A stretch of DNA of 62,184 nucleotides, counting the filler. It is 7 parts of 7 records of this genome, joined end to end, with 100 filler letters (N's around TTAATTAATTAA, not from the genome) between each part and the next. Parts side by side here need not be neighbours in the genome. Positions count along the whole stretch, not along the records: positions 1 to 15,052 come from SRR31147125_58336; 6 more parts are not named here. The stretch is one strand, 5' to 3'. Made by a program: the position numbers and the translations under genes. Each line of letters starts with the position of its first letter. Position 1 is the stretch's first letter. The notes below the pieces were generated by a model, which did not search any database, was not told the DNA's origin, and saw only the letters and a list, made by a program, of their open reading frames with translations. Positions 1 through 13,000 of this stretch are shown one piece after another.

Positions 1-1
1 T

Positions 2-3000
2 AGGGGCCGGGTTGGTTGCACTGTCAATGGCCGGTACATCATTGGTCCCGGTGATGGTGATGGTGACGGATTTTTCGACATAACTGATCTCGTTTTCACC
101 GCTTGCGGTGTTGAAACCACTGTTGTCGGTTGCTCTGACCGTGTAATTAAGAATCAGGGTCTTATTTAGCGCGAGAAAGTCAAATGCTTCACTACCGGAG
201 TTGAACCCCCAGTTTATAGTTCCTGTAGTGGCCGTGTTGCCAATAACGTCGCCTGAATCAACACTCAACATGTTTTTAAGCGCCTGGTTGGTGCCAGCGC
301 TGAGTTCCGAGGGCAGGGTCCCATCAAAAGTGCCGCCCACATTGAGGTCATACACGGTCACTGATACACTATCCGTGGTGTCAAGATCCTCAATGCTCAG
401 AGTACCACCCGTCGAACTCAGGCCCGCATCGGTCTCGGTGAGCCCTTCTGCATCACTGTCACCTCCTGCTAAAGTAATCGCAGGCGTGTCGTTGCTACCG
501 GTGATCGTGATGGTCAAGGCCTGGCTTGCAGTCGCGGAATGGTTGTCCGTGGCGTTGAGGGTATAGTTCAACACCAGGGTTTCGCCTTCTGCCAGGTAGT
601 TGAATGTTTCACCGTCAGAGTCGAAGCTCCAGCTCAGTGTGGCGCTGGTCGTCGACCCGTCGAGAATCGACAGGGGGGAGAGCTCAAGCATGTTCTCGAG
701 ATCGGTATCCGTCGGTGCTGCCGGATCGGTTCGGTCAGAGGTTCCTGCTACGCTCGTTAGCTCGTATGATGCAGTAACAGTGTCGGTGACGTCCACGTCA
801 CTTACTGTTACCGCTCCCGAAGTTGTCAGGGGTGCGTCAGTCTCGGTGAGTTCTGTATTACTTTCAAGCGCTGAGGAAATCTCGCTTGCATCAAGCGCTC
901 TGTCCCAGATCTTTATGTCATATACCTTGCCGCTGCTGGTTGCCTCTGAACTGGTAGCCAGATCATCGTAGAAAAAGCCAAAGCGAGATAGACCATCCTG
1001 CGTTTCAAATGGAATTGATTCGCCATTAGTGTCTACTACCTGAAGTTCCTGTGTATATCCCCCTGTTCCGTCGGAAACATAGACGGTAAAAGTATCTGTG
1101 TCCGCATCTCTGGTTGCAATGAGGTCAATGACATCGCCAGCCTGGTAGGTGGTATTGACACCAGTTCCAAGATTATAGAATTGGATGTTTCCGTTATAAA
1201 CATAGAACCCCGTATCATCGACACGATTGAGGTAATCAATAATTTTATTCCACGACGATACTTCATCGAAGGTAAAACGAAGGGCTACGGAATATTCGGC
1301 GTTGTCCGCCAGGTTTGCGTCAACCGTAAATCCTCCGCCGCGCGGGTTTGTGGTCGTCCAGGTCCAATAGGTTCCTGTTTCGTCAGACCCAAACTCCGCT
1401 GTTGCATTACTGGGGTCGCCGTCATCGGCATCATACACCGTGACCACATCATCACCGAAGGTATCCGTGATCGAGCCGTCAAAGGTATACTGGCTGATCA
1501 TGGAAAGATCCAAACCACCTGCACTAAATTCGGGCGCGTCGTTGGTGCCATTGATCGTAACCGTCAACTCGGCTGTATTATATCCTCCCTCCCCGTCATG
1601 GACCTGATAGGTAAATGTATCAGTCTTACTTTCTCCGACGGCAAGTGCCTGCACATCGCCATTGGTGTTGTCAACGTTGTAGATATATGAGCCGTCGGCT
1701 CCGATTGTCAGGGTCCCGTAATCGCCGGTAATAGCCGAGCCCGTAACGCTGTTCGTTCCGTCTGCGACGGGCGTGAAACTGCCTTCCGAAGAATCCTTTG
1801 CACCAGTTATCACCAGAGCATCGCTTCGACCAACGCTGCCGATATCGTCATCACTGTCGGCAGTAGAATCAGGGTCGCCCGAGCCGGTCAGAACATTACC
1901 GGTCGTCGTCGTGGAGTCCGTAGTGGCCACACCTTCATCGACACTGTTCGCATCGGCTACCGCCTCCGGTAACCGGTTGATGTTGATGGTAATAGTATCC
2001 GTGACACTGAGTGCTCCACCGTCTCCCTGGTCCTGGCCGGATCCGGCCGAACCGGAAGTATCCGTATTGCTGTTTTGATCGTTGAAGCTAATGTCCAGGT
2101 CAACAGAGTTGTATGTTGGCAGTGCGCCAGCCGTCGCGACACTGTTGCTGTAGGTAATGTTGTTCAGGGCCTCGTTGACCAAGGCTGTGGTTGCGTTGGC
2201 GTTGAAGGTGAAAACAAGCGTGCCTTCATTACCGGTATCGCTGTTCGTATAGGTTCCGATAGTGGTTCCTGAGACAACGATATTTCCGGTCGAAGCAGAT
2301 ATGCTGCTCAGGTTTCCGCTGGCGCTGGCACCGAATACGTCGTCGACGCTCGCGCCGCCGTTACGGGCAATGGTCAGGGTGCTGCCGATCCAGTTGCCTG
2401 CTGGTGAGTCCGTCCCTTCTGGAAGGGCTTCCAAGTCAAGGTCCCCGAGAACAGCATTTGCGTCAATGACAACCGGGTCGCCTGCCTGAATGTAGGTTGT
2501 ACCGTTCGTTTCGTCAAGGCCGGTGAGTGTGGGTGCATCATTGAGGCCGACAACGGAGAAAGCCCCGGTGATTGGCGTCGTGTCGGTGGATGCGGTTCCG
2601 GTTCCGCTGTTGTCGCCGTCGTCCATCGTGATGGTGACTGTACGGCTGTTGTACACACCTCCAAAGGTCGGGTTCTGTGTCGTGTTTGCGTAGGTGAGCT
2701 GCCCAAGCAGAGCGGCTGCCGCTGTTTCGGTCGCCGCTGTGGATGTGAAACTGATAATGAGATTCGCTTCATCCCCTCCGGTTACCGTACCGATTACATC
2801 ACCATCGTAACTGATGGTGCCACCCGAAACCGTAATAAGGCTTCCGTCGGTAATTCCGAGGGTATCCCCGGTGTAGTAGTTTCCGAGAGCAACCGTAAGC
2901 TCTCCTCCGTTGAACTGGTCCGTATCGAGATCAGAAACCGATAGAGAACTCAGGAACTGCAGCGCCGTCCCATCCTCGGTGAAGGTGCCATCCACCGTTG

Positions 3001-6000
3001 CGTCGGCATCCACCGGGTCGTTGACGGGAACAACGGTGACGGTAGAAACCAGATCAAGTTCGGCGACATTGTCATGATTGGCACCGGAAGAACCACTGTC
3101 CGTCAACGAGGTGATCGTTACTGCACGGTCACCGGCTGTGGGATCCTGGCTGGTGTTGCGGTAGGCGAGATTGTTGACAAGGGTGTTCGTCTGTTCTTCA
3201 GTCAGCCCTGATGAAGGCGTAAAGGTGACGGTTGCCGTGGTCCCGTCAACTGCAACTGTTACGGTGCCGGCTGTCGTACTTGTTGTTCCCGCTACAAGAT
3301 TGATCTCGGTTCCGTCGATGGTCAGTTTCTCAAAGTCCCCATCGCTGAGGGCGGCCACGGTCAGTGTCAGTCCGGTGAGGGTCTGCAATGGCTGAATTGT
3401 ATCCGTGTCTGCACCGCTGAACAGGGTCGCTGTCTCGGCTGTGTCGGTTTCTGTAAAAGTCGGGTTCAGCCCTGTTACATCCAGGCTGGGTGGGTCATTG
3501 GCCAGAGTAATGGTGATATCTCCCGTCAGCGTCGCGCTCAGGCCTGTAGCACCGCCAGCGGTATTGCCGTCAGCATCCAGATTGTTACCATCATTGAGGG
3601 TAATGGTGTAGTCACGGGTGGCGGTCGGCGGATTGTCCGAGGTGTTTTCGAATCGAATCGCCTGCAAGATTGCATTGGCCTGAGTGATGGTGGTGGTGTC
3701 TAACAGGGTTATGTGCAGGTTGCTTTCATCACCACCGATAACCGAGTCAATCCCAGCCAAACCGCTGTCGGTTATGCTGAACAGGTCACCGCTGCTGTAA
3801 CCCGCATCGAGGGTGACGGTGATCGATCCGTCGCCGAAGACGGTATCTGATAAAGTGTCGGTTGTTGCAAGGTCCAGATCGTAGACGGTGGTGTTGTCGG
3901 GAACCAGTTTTTGTTGAGGGGTGCCTTCGCCCTCGACAGGCGATTCAAGCAAGGTGCCGCTCCAACCGGCAGAAATCGGAGTGCCGCTACCGTCCTGGAA
4001 TTCAGGTGCGTCGTTGACCGCGTCAATCTGCACGTCAATCGCCACCGAACCCGCCGTAAGACGCGATTCCAGAGTGTCCGCAGTTGTATCATAGGCCTTC
4101 AGATCACCACTGGATGAGTAGCCTGGCATGATCGGTGTCGGTTCACTCGACCCATCCGGTAGTGTGCTTTCCACTCCATAGACCGTCAGGCTGGGTAGAG
4201 TGGCGCCGTTGGTGTTGATATCGTCGTTGGTAGGGACGAATTTAATCTGGGCTGAACTGCTGAGGAGCAGGGCGTTTGTATCCGAAACGGGGTTGCTTCC
4301 TGGTTGAAGAGTACTCAACTCCACCCAGCTGTTGTTTCCGCCATCTAGATCGACCCACCAGGCTCCAAGGCCCTGGGTATTGTAGGCCGAGATTGCTACT
4401 CCGCCGAGCGTGTTGCCAGCAACCGCATCCGGGTCGGAAAATTTGTCTCCGAGCATATCGGCAAAGCTTCTGACCTCCGGCGTCGCTGCCTCAGTTGTCT
4501 CGATTGTATAACCACCGGACAGACCAGGCGCATCATTGGTGGGCTCCAGATTGATCGTGACGGTCGCGGTGAAACTCTCGCTGTCGCCATCCGCCGTCAG
4601 CCCGGGGTCGATACCTGCTTTTCCTGCGTCATCGAAGGTGATGTCGACCGATTTTGTTCCGTCCTGGATGGCCTCGTTATCACTGTTGAATGAGATGTTC
4701 TGCAATATTGCGTCGATTGCTGAAGCAGTCGCGTCTGCATTGAACGTAACGATCAGTTCACCGCTGACAGCGCTGTTGTCGGTAATGGTTGCCACCGTGG
4801 TGCTGTTATAAGTGATCGCACTGCCGGTGTTGTAGATGCGCTGGCCGGAGATGATCGAGCTCCCGCCGGAAACACCGACATCGTTGACACCGCTTTTTAT
4901 AAAATAGAAATCGGTGTCATCGGCACCACTCGCGTCAACCACCTTGAGCGTTGTGTTGGAGAAGTTTCCTTCATTGTTGCTGATCAGCTCTATTTCTTCG
5001 GAAAGGCTGGCGTCACCATTCAAATCCAGGAGGATTGCCGCACCCTGGGCATCAGCAATGCCCTCAGTGAAAGTTACTGCGTCGCCATCAAGATTGGATA
5101 TGACCGGTGTGTCGTTGACAGCCACCACCGAAGCGGAGAGCTGCACGCTGCCGGCGGCGATAGAGGAGGTACCACCGCCGGTGGCGTTGACCGTGGACCC
5201 GGAGGAGAGGCTGGTACTGCTGTCCACAGCTTTTACATCAAGAGCCGGTGTGCCGCCGTTGTCATCGAATGTATCGTTGTTTGCGTTCTCATCGGGCACA
5301 AAGCGTACCTTGTCTGTCGTATCAAGGTAGAGCGCAGCGGTGGTGGTAACAGTGCCGATGTCCTGCCATGTGGTTCCATCGGTCGAGTATTGCCAGGTTC
5401 CCTGGACTGTCGAGCTGTTATTGCCCTCTATTGCGATGCCCGCGAGTGTATCGCCGTCAATATCGCCGAATCCCGAGATAACATCGGCTACTGTTTGGCC
5501 CTGGTTGTTGGTATTGTCTGATGCGTCGTCGTCCCCGTCGGCGCTGCTGGCGTCATCATCCCCGGCATCTTCATTGATGTTGTTCATTGTCAGGTCTGAT
5601 GCCAGGGTCGGGGAGTCGTTGGTCCCGGTCACACTGACGGTAAAGGTGCCTGTCGCGGAGCCTACGCCGATTCCCTGGGCATCAGCGCTGTTACCATCGT
5701 TGAACGTCATCGCTACGGTGATGTCGCCGCTGAGATCGTCATCGATGTTGCTGTAGGTGATGCGCTTCATTACCGCGCTCACTGCGTCTTCAGTAGCGTC
5801 GCTGTTGAACGTGACTACCAGCGTACCGGAGCTGCTGTCGTTAGTTATCGTTGCGACGGTGGTCTGGGTGGAGTAGTCGGTACCACCGGTCGGATTGCCT
5901 GTTATCTGAATGTTACTGTCACTTACAGAGAGTGAATAATCGTCTCCGATACTGGTTGTGGTGTCTATATCATAGCGATCGACGCTTTGCGCAACACCGC

Positions 6001-9000
6001 TGCGCTGGACGGTAAGGGTAGATGAAGCGAAATCATCCTCTCCACGCTCGGTCAATTCGATATCCTGCACCAATTGCATGTCGTGGTTGCCATCCAGTAG
6101 CACCGGGTCTCCTTCCACGCCCAGGCCGGCCCCTTCTTCATAGCTGACTGAATCGCCCAATCCGGAAATCTCCGGTGCATCGTTAACTGCGTTGACGGTT
6201 ATGGTTGCCGTCTGTACGTCACTCTCGAGACCACCGCTGTCCACCGCTTTGTAGGTGAACGTGACCGTACCGTTGTAGTTGAGGTCCGGGGTGAAGGACA
6301 TTCCGATGGCCTGAGCCGCTGTGATAGTTGTATTTTCTGCGGAAATGATTGTTCCTTCGCTGTTTTTTAACGTCCCATCACCGGGCAGGGTTACGATAAC
6401 AAAACTGTCGACCGTCTGGTGGTCGGTAATGTCATTTTCTCCCACATCGGAGTAAGGGAGCGTGAACGTCAAATTCCCGTCTTCACTGACGGAACGGGAG
6501 ATATCGCTGCTGGAGGGTGCGTCATTGACTTCTGTTACCGTGATGGCCACGGAGTCGGTGTCACTCAGGACGCCGCCGACTCCGAAGTTGCCTAGGTCGC
6601 TAGTGGTGACAGAGAGAGTGTCCCCCCCGTAATAGTCGGCGATCCCTTGATAGAGAAGACCGTCCAGTGTGTTGTTGATATCGTTTCTGGTTCCGGTTAC
6701 CGTCATTGACGAGGTCCCGGAATTTGTTACGACGGCCGTACCGGCACCGGTGGCCGCAAGGGTGCCGTAGCTGACGCTCAGTGTGATGGTTGCCTCGTAG
6801 CTACCGCCATCGGCGATGTCGGGGTCGTCAATCGTGATGGCATTGCCGTTGGTAGATGAAAATACGAGCGGGGTGTCTTCATTGACCGTTTGCGCATCAG
6901 GGACAGTGTTGACTGGTTCGTCGTTGACCGGGTTTACCCTGATGGTGAGGGAACGGGCTGCTTGCTCGTATGTGGTGTCACTGTTTGAATCATCAGTCAG
7001 CGCCGGGATGAAAATCAATCCTTCCAGTGCTTCACCTGATCCTGTCAGATCCGGGTCAGTGCCGATGCTGCCGCCGTCCTTGACGAGGATCGAGAGAGAA
7101 TCGTCACCAACGAAATTTGCAGCACCAGTGTACGTAAGGGTTCCCAGAGTGGCGTTGATATCGGCCATTGTGCCGGTGACAGTCAACACGGCAGTGCCAT
7201 TTCCTGTCAGGGCTGGCACATCAGAACCGCTATCCGCCGCAGAGTCAGTGGCTGTTACATCCAGGGTACCGTTTGCTACCGTGAGGGTCGCTTCCAGGTT
7301 GTCTACGGAACCGAAATCTCCGTCAGTGTTACCGAGCGTATCGACTGCGTCGGGATCGGTTATCGAAATGCCGGTGAGCGAGATCACCTGTTCTTCTGCA
7401 CCGCTGAAGCTCTCTGTGGAAGCCTCGATGACGGGGGCATCGTTTATCGGGTTGACGATGATATCCAGGGTGCCACTGGGCTCTGTTCCGCCGCCGCCGT
7501 CGGAGATTGTGTAGCTGAATTGATCGTCATAGGTCCCGGCGTCACCGTCGGCTTCGGATCCATCGTGCCGGTATATGATGCGGTCTGCATCCAGCTCTGC
7601 CTGGGTGAAAACGCTGCCGGTCCCAAGGACGATCCCGGTACTTCCACCGGCAGCATCGAGCTTGATCAACTGTCCATTATCGACCGCATCGGTGATACGG
7701 AACTGCAGCTGTTCGTCAGTATTGTCGGCGTCCTCGGCCCGGAGCAGATCCTCGGTGCGGATAATCTGCTGCTGGCCTTCGTAGATAGTTGCAATTCCAG
7801 AGACTTCTTCGGTGGGGTCATCGTTGAACGGTACGATGCCGATGTCAATCGTCCGTGTCGCACTGTCGTTATCCGCTCCAGAATCGTCCTGCACCTGGAT
7901 AATAAAGTTATCGGTGGTTTGTTCCGTACCGTCATTGACGTACTTCAACAGGCCGGCATCGATATCGTCCTGATTGAATTCAATGGTTGCCTTGTTGGCT
8001 TCGGTGATTTCGGTGGTGTCTAACCACAATGCACCGTATGAAGGAAGGTCGGTGATGGTGAGTGTCAGGGTGTCGGTCAGAATACCAGAGACATCTCTGT
8101 CTACGTCGCGAACTTCGATATAGGTGTCGTCGATGACGACGTCGCCACCTTCATCGACCTGAACCTGGTCTTCTATTATATCGGTATCACTGATGAAATA
8201 CGGGCGGTCATTTACCGGGGTGTCCTGCAGGGTTGCCGTGCCCGAGAGGATGTAGTCCTCAGACCCGTCGGTGACGGTGAATGTGAAGGTAGCGGTGTGC
8301 GTCTCCCAACCGTTGTGCTGGAACTTGATATAGCCGTTATCGAGGTCTTCCTGGGTGAAGGTGTCGTTGATGCGCAACTCAACGGCATCACCGGTTCCAT
8401 CGTCATAATAGAGGGTGCCGGGATTATCGTACTGCTCGGGCTCAGTGCTCTTGTCGGGCAACTCGGTGAGCGTGTAAATCAGCTCAGCGTCGGTGTTGTC
8501 GACATCGCTGGTGTCAAGGGCCGCGCTCGTTACGGTGACCCGGGTGCCTTCGTTGAAGTATTCTCCGGGGGCATCACCTTGAATTCCGGTGGTTAATACA
8601 GGGCTGTCATTTTGTGCCAGTGTGATAATCGATACGCTCGCGGTAGCCGTTTGGGTATCGCCGGTTGTGGCATCTTGAATGGTATACGTGAAGGACGCAC
8701 CGGTGCCATTGTAATCTTCTGCAGGCGTAAAGGTTATCGTGTCGCCGTCGAGTTCGACACTTCCATTGACCGCTGACTGCACTGAGATGATGTTCAGCGG
8801 CAGATCACCGGAGTCGTTGCCGGTCAGCTCCGCCTCAGATATCGTGATCGGGGTGTCCTCGTAGGTGACGAAGCCGTCGTCAGCTGAAGCGACGGGAGGA
8901 TTGTTGACTTCCGTGGTCACGTAAACGGTTACCGTGGCGGTGTCGGTTTCACCGTCACCGTCCTGCATCGTGTAATCAAAGGTGATGGTGCCGCTGAAAT

Positions 9001-10063
9001 CATTGGTTGGTGTAATGATTATCTCATCGGTGGAATCATTCCAGGAAACGGTGTAATCGGTTTCTGATTGTTCGACCACATTTGTGACCGTACGGCTGGT
9101 ATTGCCGCTGTCGTTGGAGAGCAGGTCACTCTCGCTGATGGTTAGCTGGGTGTTCTTTGGAGTCGTGAATGAGTCATTTCTGGCGAGGAGGTGATAGACG
9201 GAAACCGTAACCGTTGCCGTATCCACTTTACCGTAATCATCTCGAATCGTATAAGTGAAAGTGGCTGTACCTCCATCGGCATCCCCCGGCGTGAAATAGA
9301 CGTTGGAAGCATCGTAACTTACTGCAGTTGTATTGCTGCCGGCCGTAACCCCGACTATTTCCAGGCCGGTGCCGCGGTCATCGCCGAGTAGTTGATTCCA
9401 GCTATAGACCTGCTGCGTTCTTTCGAGAGCCGAATATGCATCATCCACTGCTACCGGCTGGACATCGACATATACGGTGACGTTTTCCGTATCACCATCA
9501 CCATCCTGCAGGGTGTAGGTAAATGATGTTTGCCCGTTGGTACCGCTGGCGGGAGTGAAAGTGACCACTCCATCCGCCAGGGTGACTGTTCCTGTGGCAG
9601 GGTCGAGACCCTGGACACTGGTGACGCTCAAATCGGGGTTGCCCACATCGTTCGAGAGCAGTTCTTCTACCGCAATGTCGATTGCCGTATCCTTCGCGGT
9701 TATGTATGAATCATTATTTCCGTCTATCTCATAAACGTTGACCGTAACCGTCGCAGTGGCGGTGGCGGTTGTAGTGTCCTGTATCGTATACGTGAATGTG
9801 GCGTTTCCGTTAAAGTCCGTATCCGGGGTGAAGGTGATACTTTGGTCCCCGTTGAGGGTTGCGGTGCAGTTTGTCTGATCCTGTAGACTGGTGATGGTCA
9901 GCGTGCCTTCGCCGCTGTCGTTTGCGAGCAGTTGGCTCTTTGTGATGGTGAGGGTCCTGATGTCACCGGTAACATTTTCCAGCATCGAGAAGCTGTTGTC
10001 CCCGGCGGAGATATCGCCTTTGATAGTGAAACTGACGGTGAGTGGAGTCTCGTTACCATCTTC
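2..10063 (-). CDS. Giant repetitive surface protein/adhesin, C-terminal continuation (cadherin-like, tandem-95/Ig-like, VCBS-type repeats, one LamG-like domain); runs off the window edge
   Basis: The minus frame starting GAA GAT GGT AAC at 10063 reads EDGNETPLTVSFTIKGD...LLANDSG...TFTPDTDFNGNATFTYTIQD. The same frame is in use at position 2-49 (GTNDVPAIDSA). It is absent from the ORF track, consistent with no stop before the edge. The many S/V/P-rich plus-strand ORFs are its antisense shadow. Confidence 0.88.
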
Positions 10064-13000
10064 CCAACTCCCCCTCGCCGTCGCGCAGGGTGACGGAGAA
10101 GGAATCGTTTGCGTCCAGCGTACCGTCATGCTCATACCTCAAGATCCCGGACGTGATGTCAGTCAGGGTGAATGTCGCTCCTTCACCGAGCGGGGATGTG
10201 CCGAGATACAGAAACCCGTAGGCAGGCCGACTCTCCAGCTGAAAGGTGAGCTCTACGGCGTCGGTATCGACGTCAGTGGCGTTGAGCAGCGCCGTTGTTA
10301 TTACAACCGTGTCGCCTTCGTCGATGGCAATGGATCCCGAGGTTCCAACCGGATCATCGTTGATCGCCTGCAGTTCGACGTAGACTGTCGTATCTTGATA
10401 AAGAGGAGATGTCTGGTCATCGTCTGTCACCCTGAAGGTAAAACTGACGTCCTGTGGATCGACTTCATTGGCGGAGACATGATCGATGGTGAGCAGGTGT
10501 TTATTTGCTGCAGAGAATGTGTCGCCGGCCGTAACGACACTGCCGTCGTATTTTAAGACAGCTTCATTGGAGTCGGGCAGCGTGAGGATCTCGACCGTCA
10601 GGTTGACCGGGTCAGTGGTCTGGTCATCATTAAATTCGGTATTGGGGAATACCTGAACGCCGGTCTCACCCTCATCGAGGCCCAGATATACCTGGTCGTT
10701 GTTCCCGACCTGGGACCCGCTGAGGTATGGGGCGGTGTTGAGCTCGTTAATGGTGATGTTCACCGTCACGGGCGTACTCGGGGTGCCCCCTTCTGCTCCA
10801 ACCACGCCTCCTGCGCCATCACGCAATGAGAGGGTGAACGAATCGTTGGCGGAAGCATCGGCGTCGGTGTCGGCAGTGTAGACTATGCTGCTCAGGTTAT
10901 TGTAGGAAAATGTAGAACCAACTGCGACCGGGGCACCGTTGATAGTGAGGGTACCTTCAGTCGGTAATGATTGCAGGCGGAAAATCAGCTGGGCGTCCAG
11001 GTTATCGGGATCGGTTACACTGAGAATGGCGGTGCTGAAGGTCAGCGTGTCCCCCTGGGTGATCGCGGCCGTTCCAACTGTCAACTCCGGTGCGTCGTTG
11101 ACGGGCGACACATCGATGGTAAGTGTCCGGGCCTCGGTTGTGCCGAGTTCAGCAACGAGATCTGTGACCGAATAGGTTACCGTGAGGCTGGAACCGGTGA
11201 CGGCCGGTTCTGTACCGTTGTGCACGAAGGTGATGCGGTTGTTGTCAATATCGTCCTGGGTGAATGTGTTGTTCGTTGTCGTGTTAAGGATGGTTTCGTT
11301 AAGCTTCAGTTGTCCAGCTGAATCGGGCAGGCCAGTCACGGTGTAGACAATCTGGGATGCACTGGCTTCCACATCTGTAATGTGGAGCATATCACTGGAG
11401 AGCGTCGCGGTTCCGCCTTCACTGACGATGAGATTCTCGTCCACATCCACCACCAGCGGGTCATTTACTGCTGTCACACTGGTGGTGAGAGAATTTCCTG
11501 ATGCGTCGATGTCTGCGTCGCCACTGGAGACGTTTGTCGTTTGTCGACTGGCAGGGTCGATGGTAAATATCCGACTGCCGCTGTCATCGACAGCATGAAC
11601 TGTGAGCGCACCGACGGTGCCGCTGTATTCTGAAGCAGGGACGAAACGGATCTTCGCTGCTGCACTGAGCAGCAGAGCGCTCTCGGCAGAGACCGTTCCT
11701 ACAGAAGACCAGGTGGTGCCGTCATTGATGGAGTACTGCCAGATTCCCTCCGATGTTGTTGATATATCAGCGCTGATAGCGATGCCGGCGAGACTGTCTC
11801 CATCAATGTCTGAATAGCTTTCCAATAGACTTGAAACCGTAGCGCCGGACGGATCAGTGTTGTCTTCCAGAACATCGGCCAGGGCTGCCGAACCCGTATC
11901 CGGTGGGTCATCTTCAGGGGTTACCGTGACAGTAAAAGTGTCACTGTCCGTTTTAGTGCCTCCCGCGGGGGTATCGTCGACCGAAACGGTGATTGTTTCA
12001 TCACCGTTGAAATTTTCCGCCGGATCGTATTTCAGACCTTCCAGGGCTGTGTTTATATTCGCGAGTGTACCTTGTACTGTGACTGTTGCGGATCCGTTGG
12101 TAGTACCGTCCTGAAGGGTAAGGTTGTCTAGCGTGCTGAGCGTGACTATTCCGCCCTGTGCAGTGCTCACCGTCACTTCAATCGTGGCGTCCCCTGCATC
12201 CAGATCGGATATGGAAATGCCGCTGATGGTAAGTCCGGCCGGGGCGTCCTCTGCAACGGTCTGGGTGCCGGGTATGGTAATTTCCGGTGCTTCGTTGAAG
12301 GTTTCCACCGTAATCGTCACGGTGGAGGCGTCGCTCGCTGCTCCTGCTTCGTCAATAGCTTGGAAGGTGAACGTAGCATCACCGGTGTAGTTAGTAGTGG
12401 GGGCAAACTTCAGCGCTGCTGCTTCAGCAGGGGTTAGTGAACTATCGGCTGCCAGGATTGTTCCGTCGGCTTTCTGGAGTTCACCCTGATCGACTGTCGG
12501 TATGCTGACGATTGTGTAACTGATGATTGCAGCGTCCGTCGAACTGTTCGTTCCACCGTCCACGTCGCTTGCATGTGCGGTCAGGTCGATCCCTGTGAGA
12601 GTGACATTCTTGGTGACCGTTTCTACGAAATCCTCTGAGACCGGGGGGTCGTTAAGTGGATTGACGGAGGTTGACAGGGGCGCGGTATTGGTGGAGATAT
12701 CTGTCGCCCCGCTGCCGGTATTGATGTGCTGTGCGGTGGAATTGTCCGTGAACGTCCGGCTTCCGCTGCTATCCACGGCTCGAACCGTGAGGCTGCCTGG
12801 GTCGCCATGGTAGTCATCTGCGGGGTTAAATCGAATCAGCGTGTCGCTGCTTAGCAGCAGGGAACTGCTGGTGCTGACGTTTCCGATTGCTGTCCAGTCT
12901 CCGGAGTCAGCCTGGTATTCCCATGTGCCCTCGCCAGCGGTGCTCGCATCCGCCACAATCGCGATACCCGCCAGGGTATCAGTTGTATCCGCGTCCTGGT

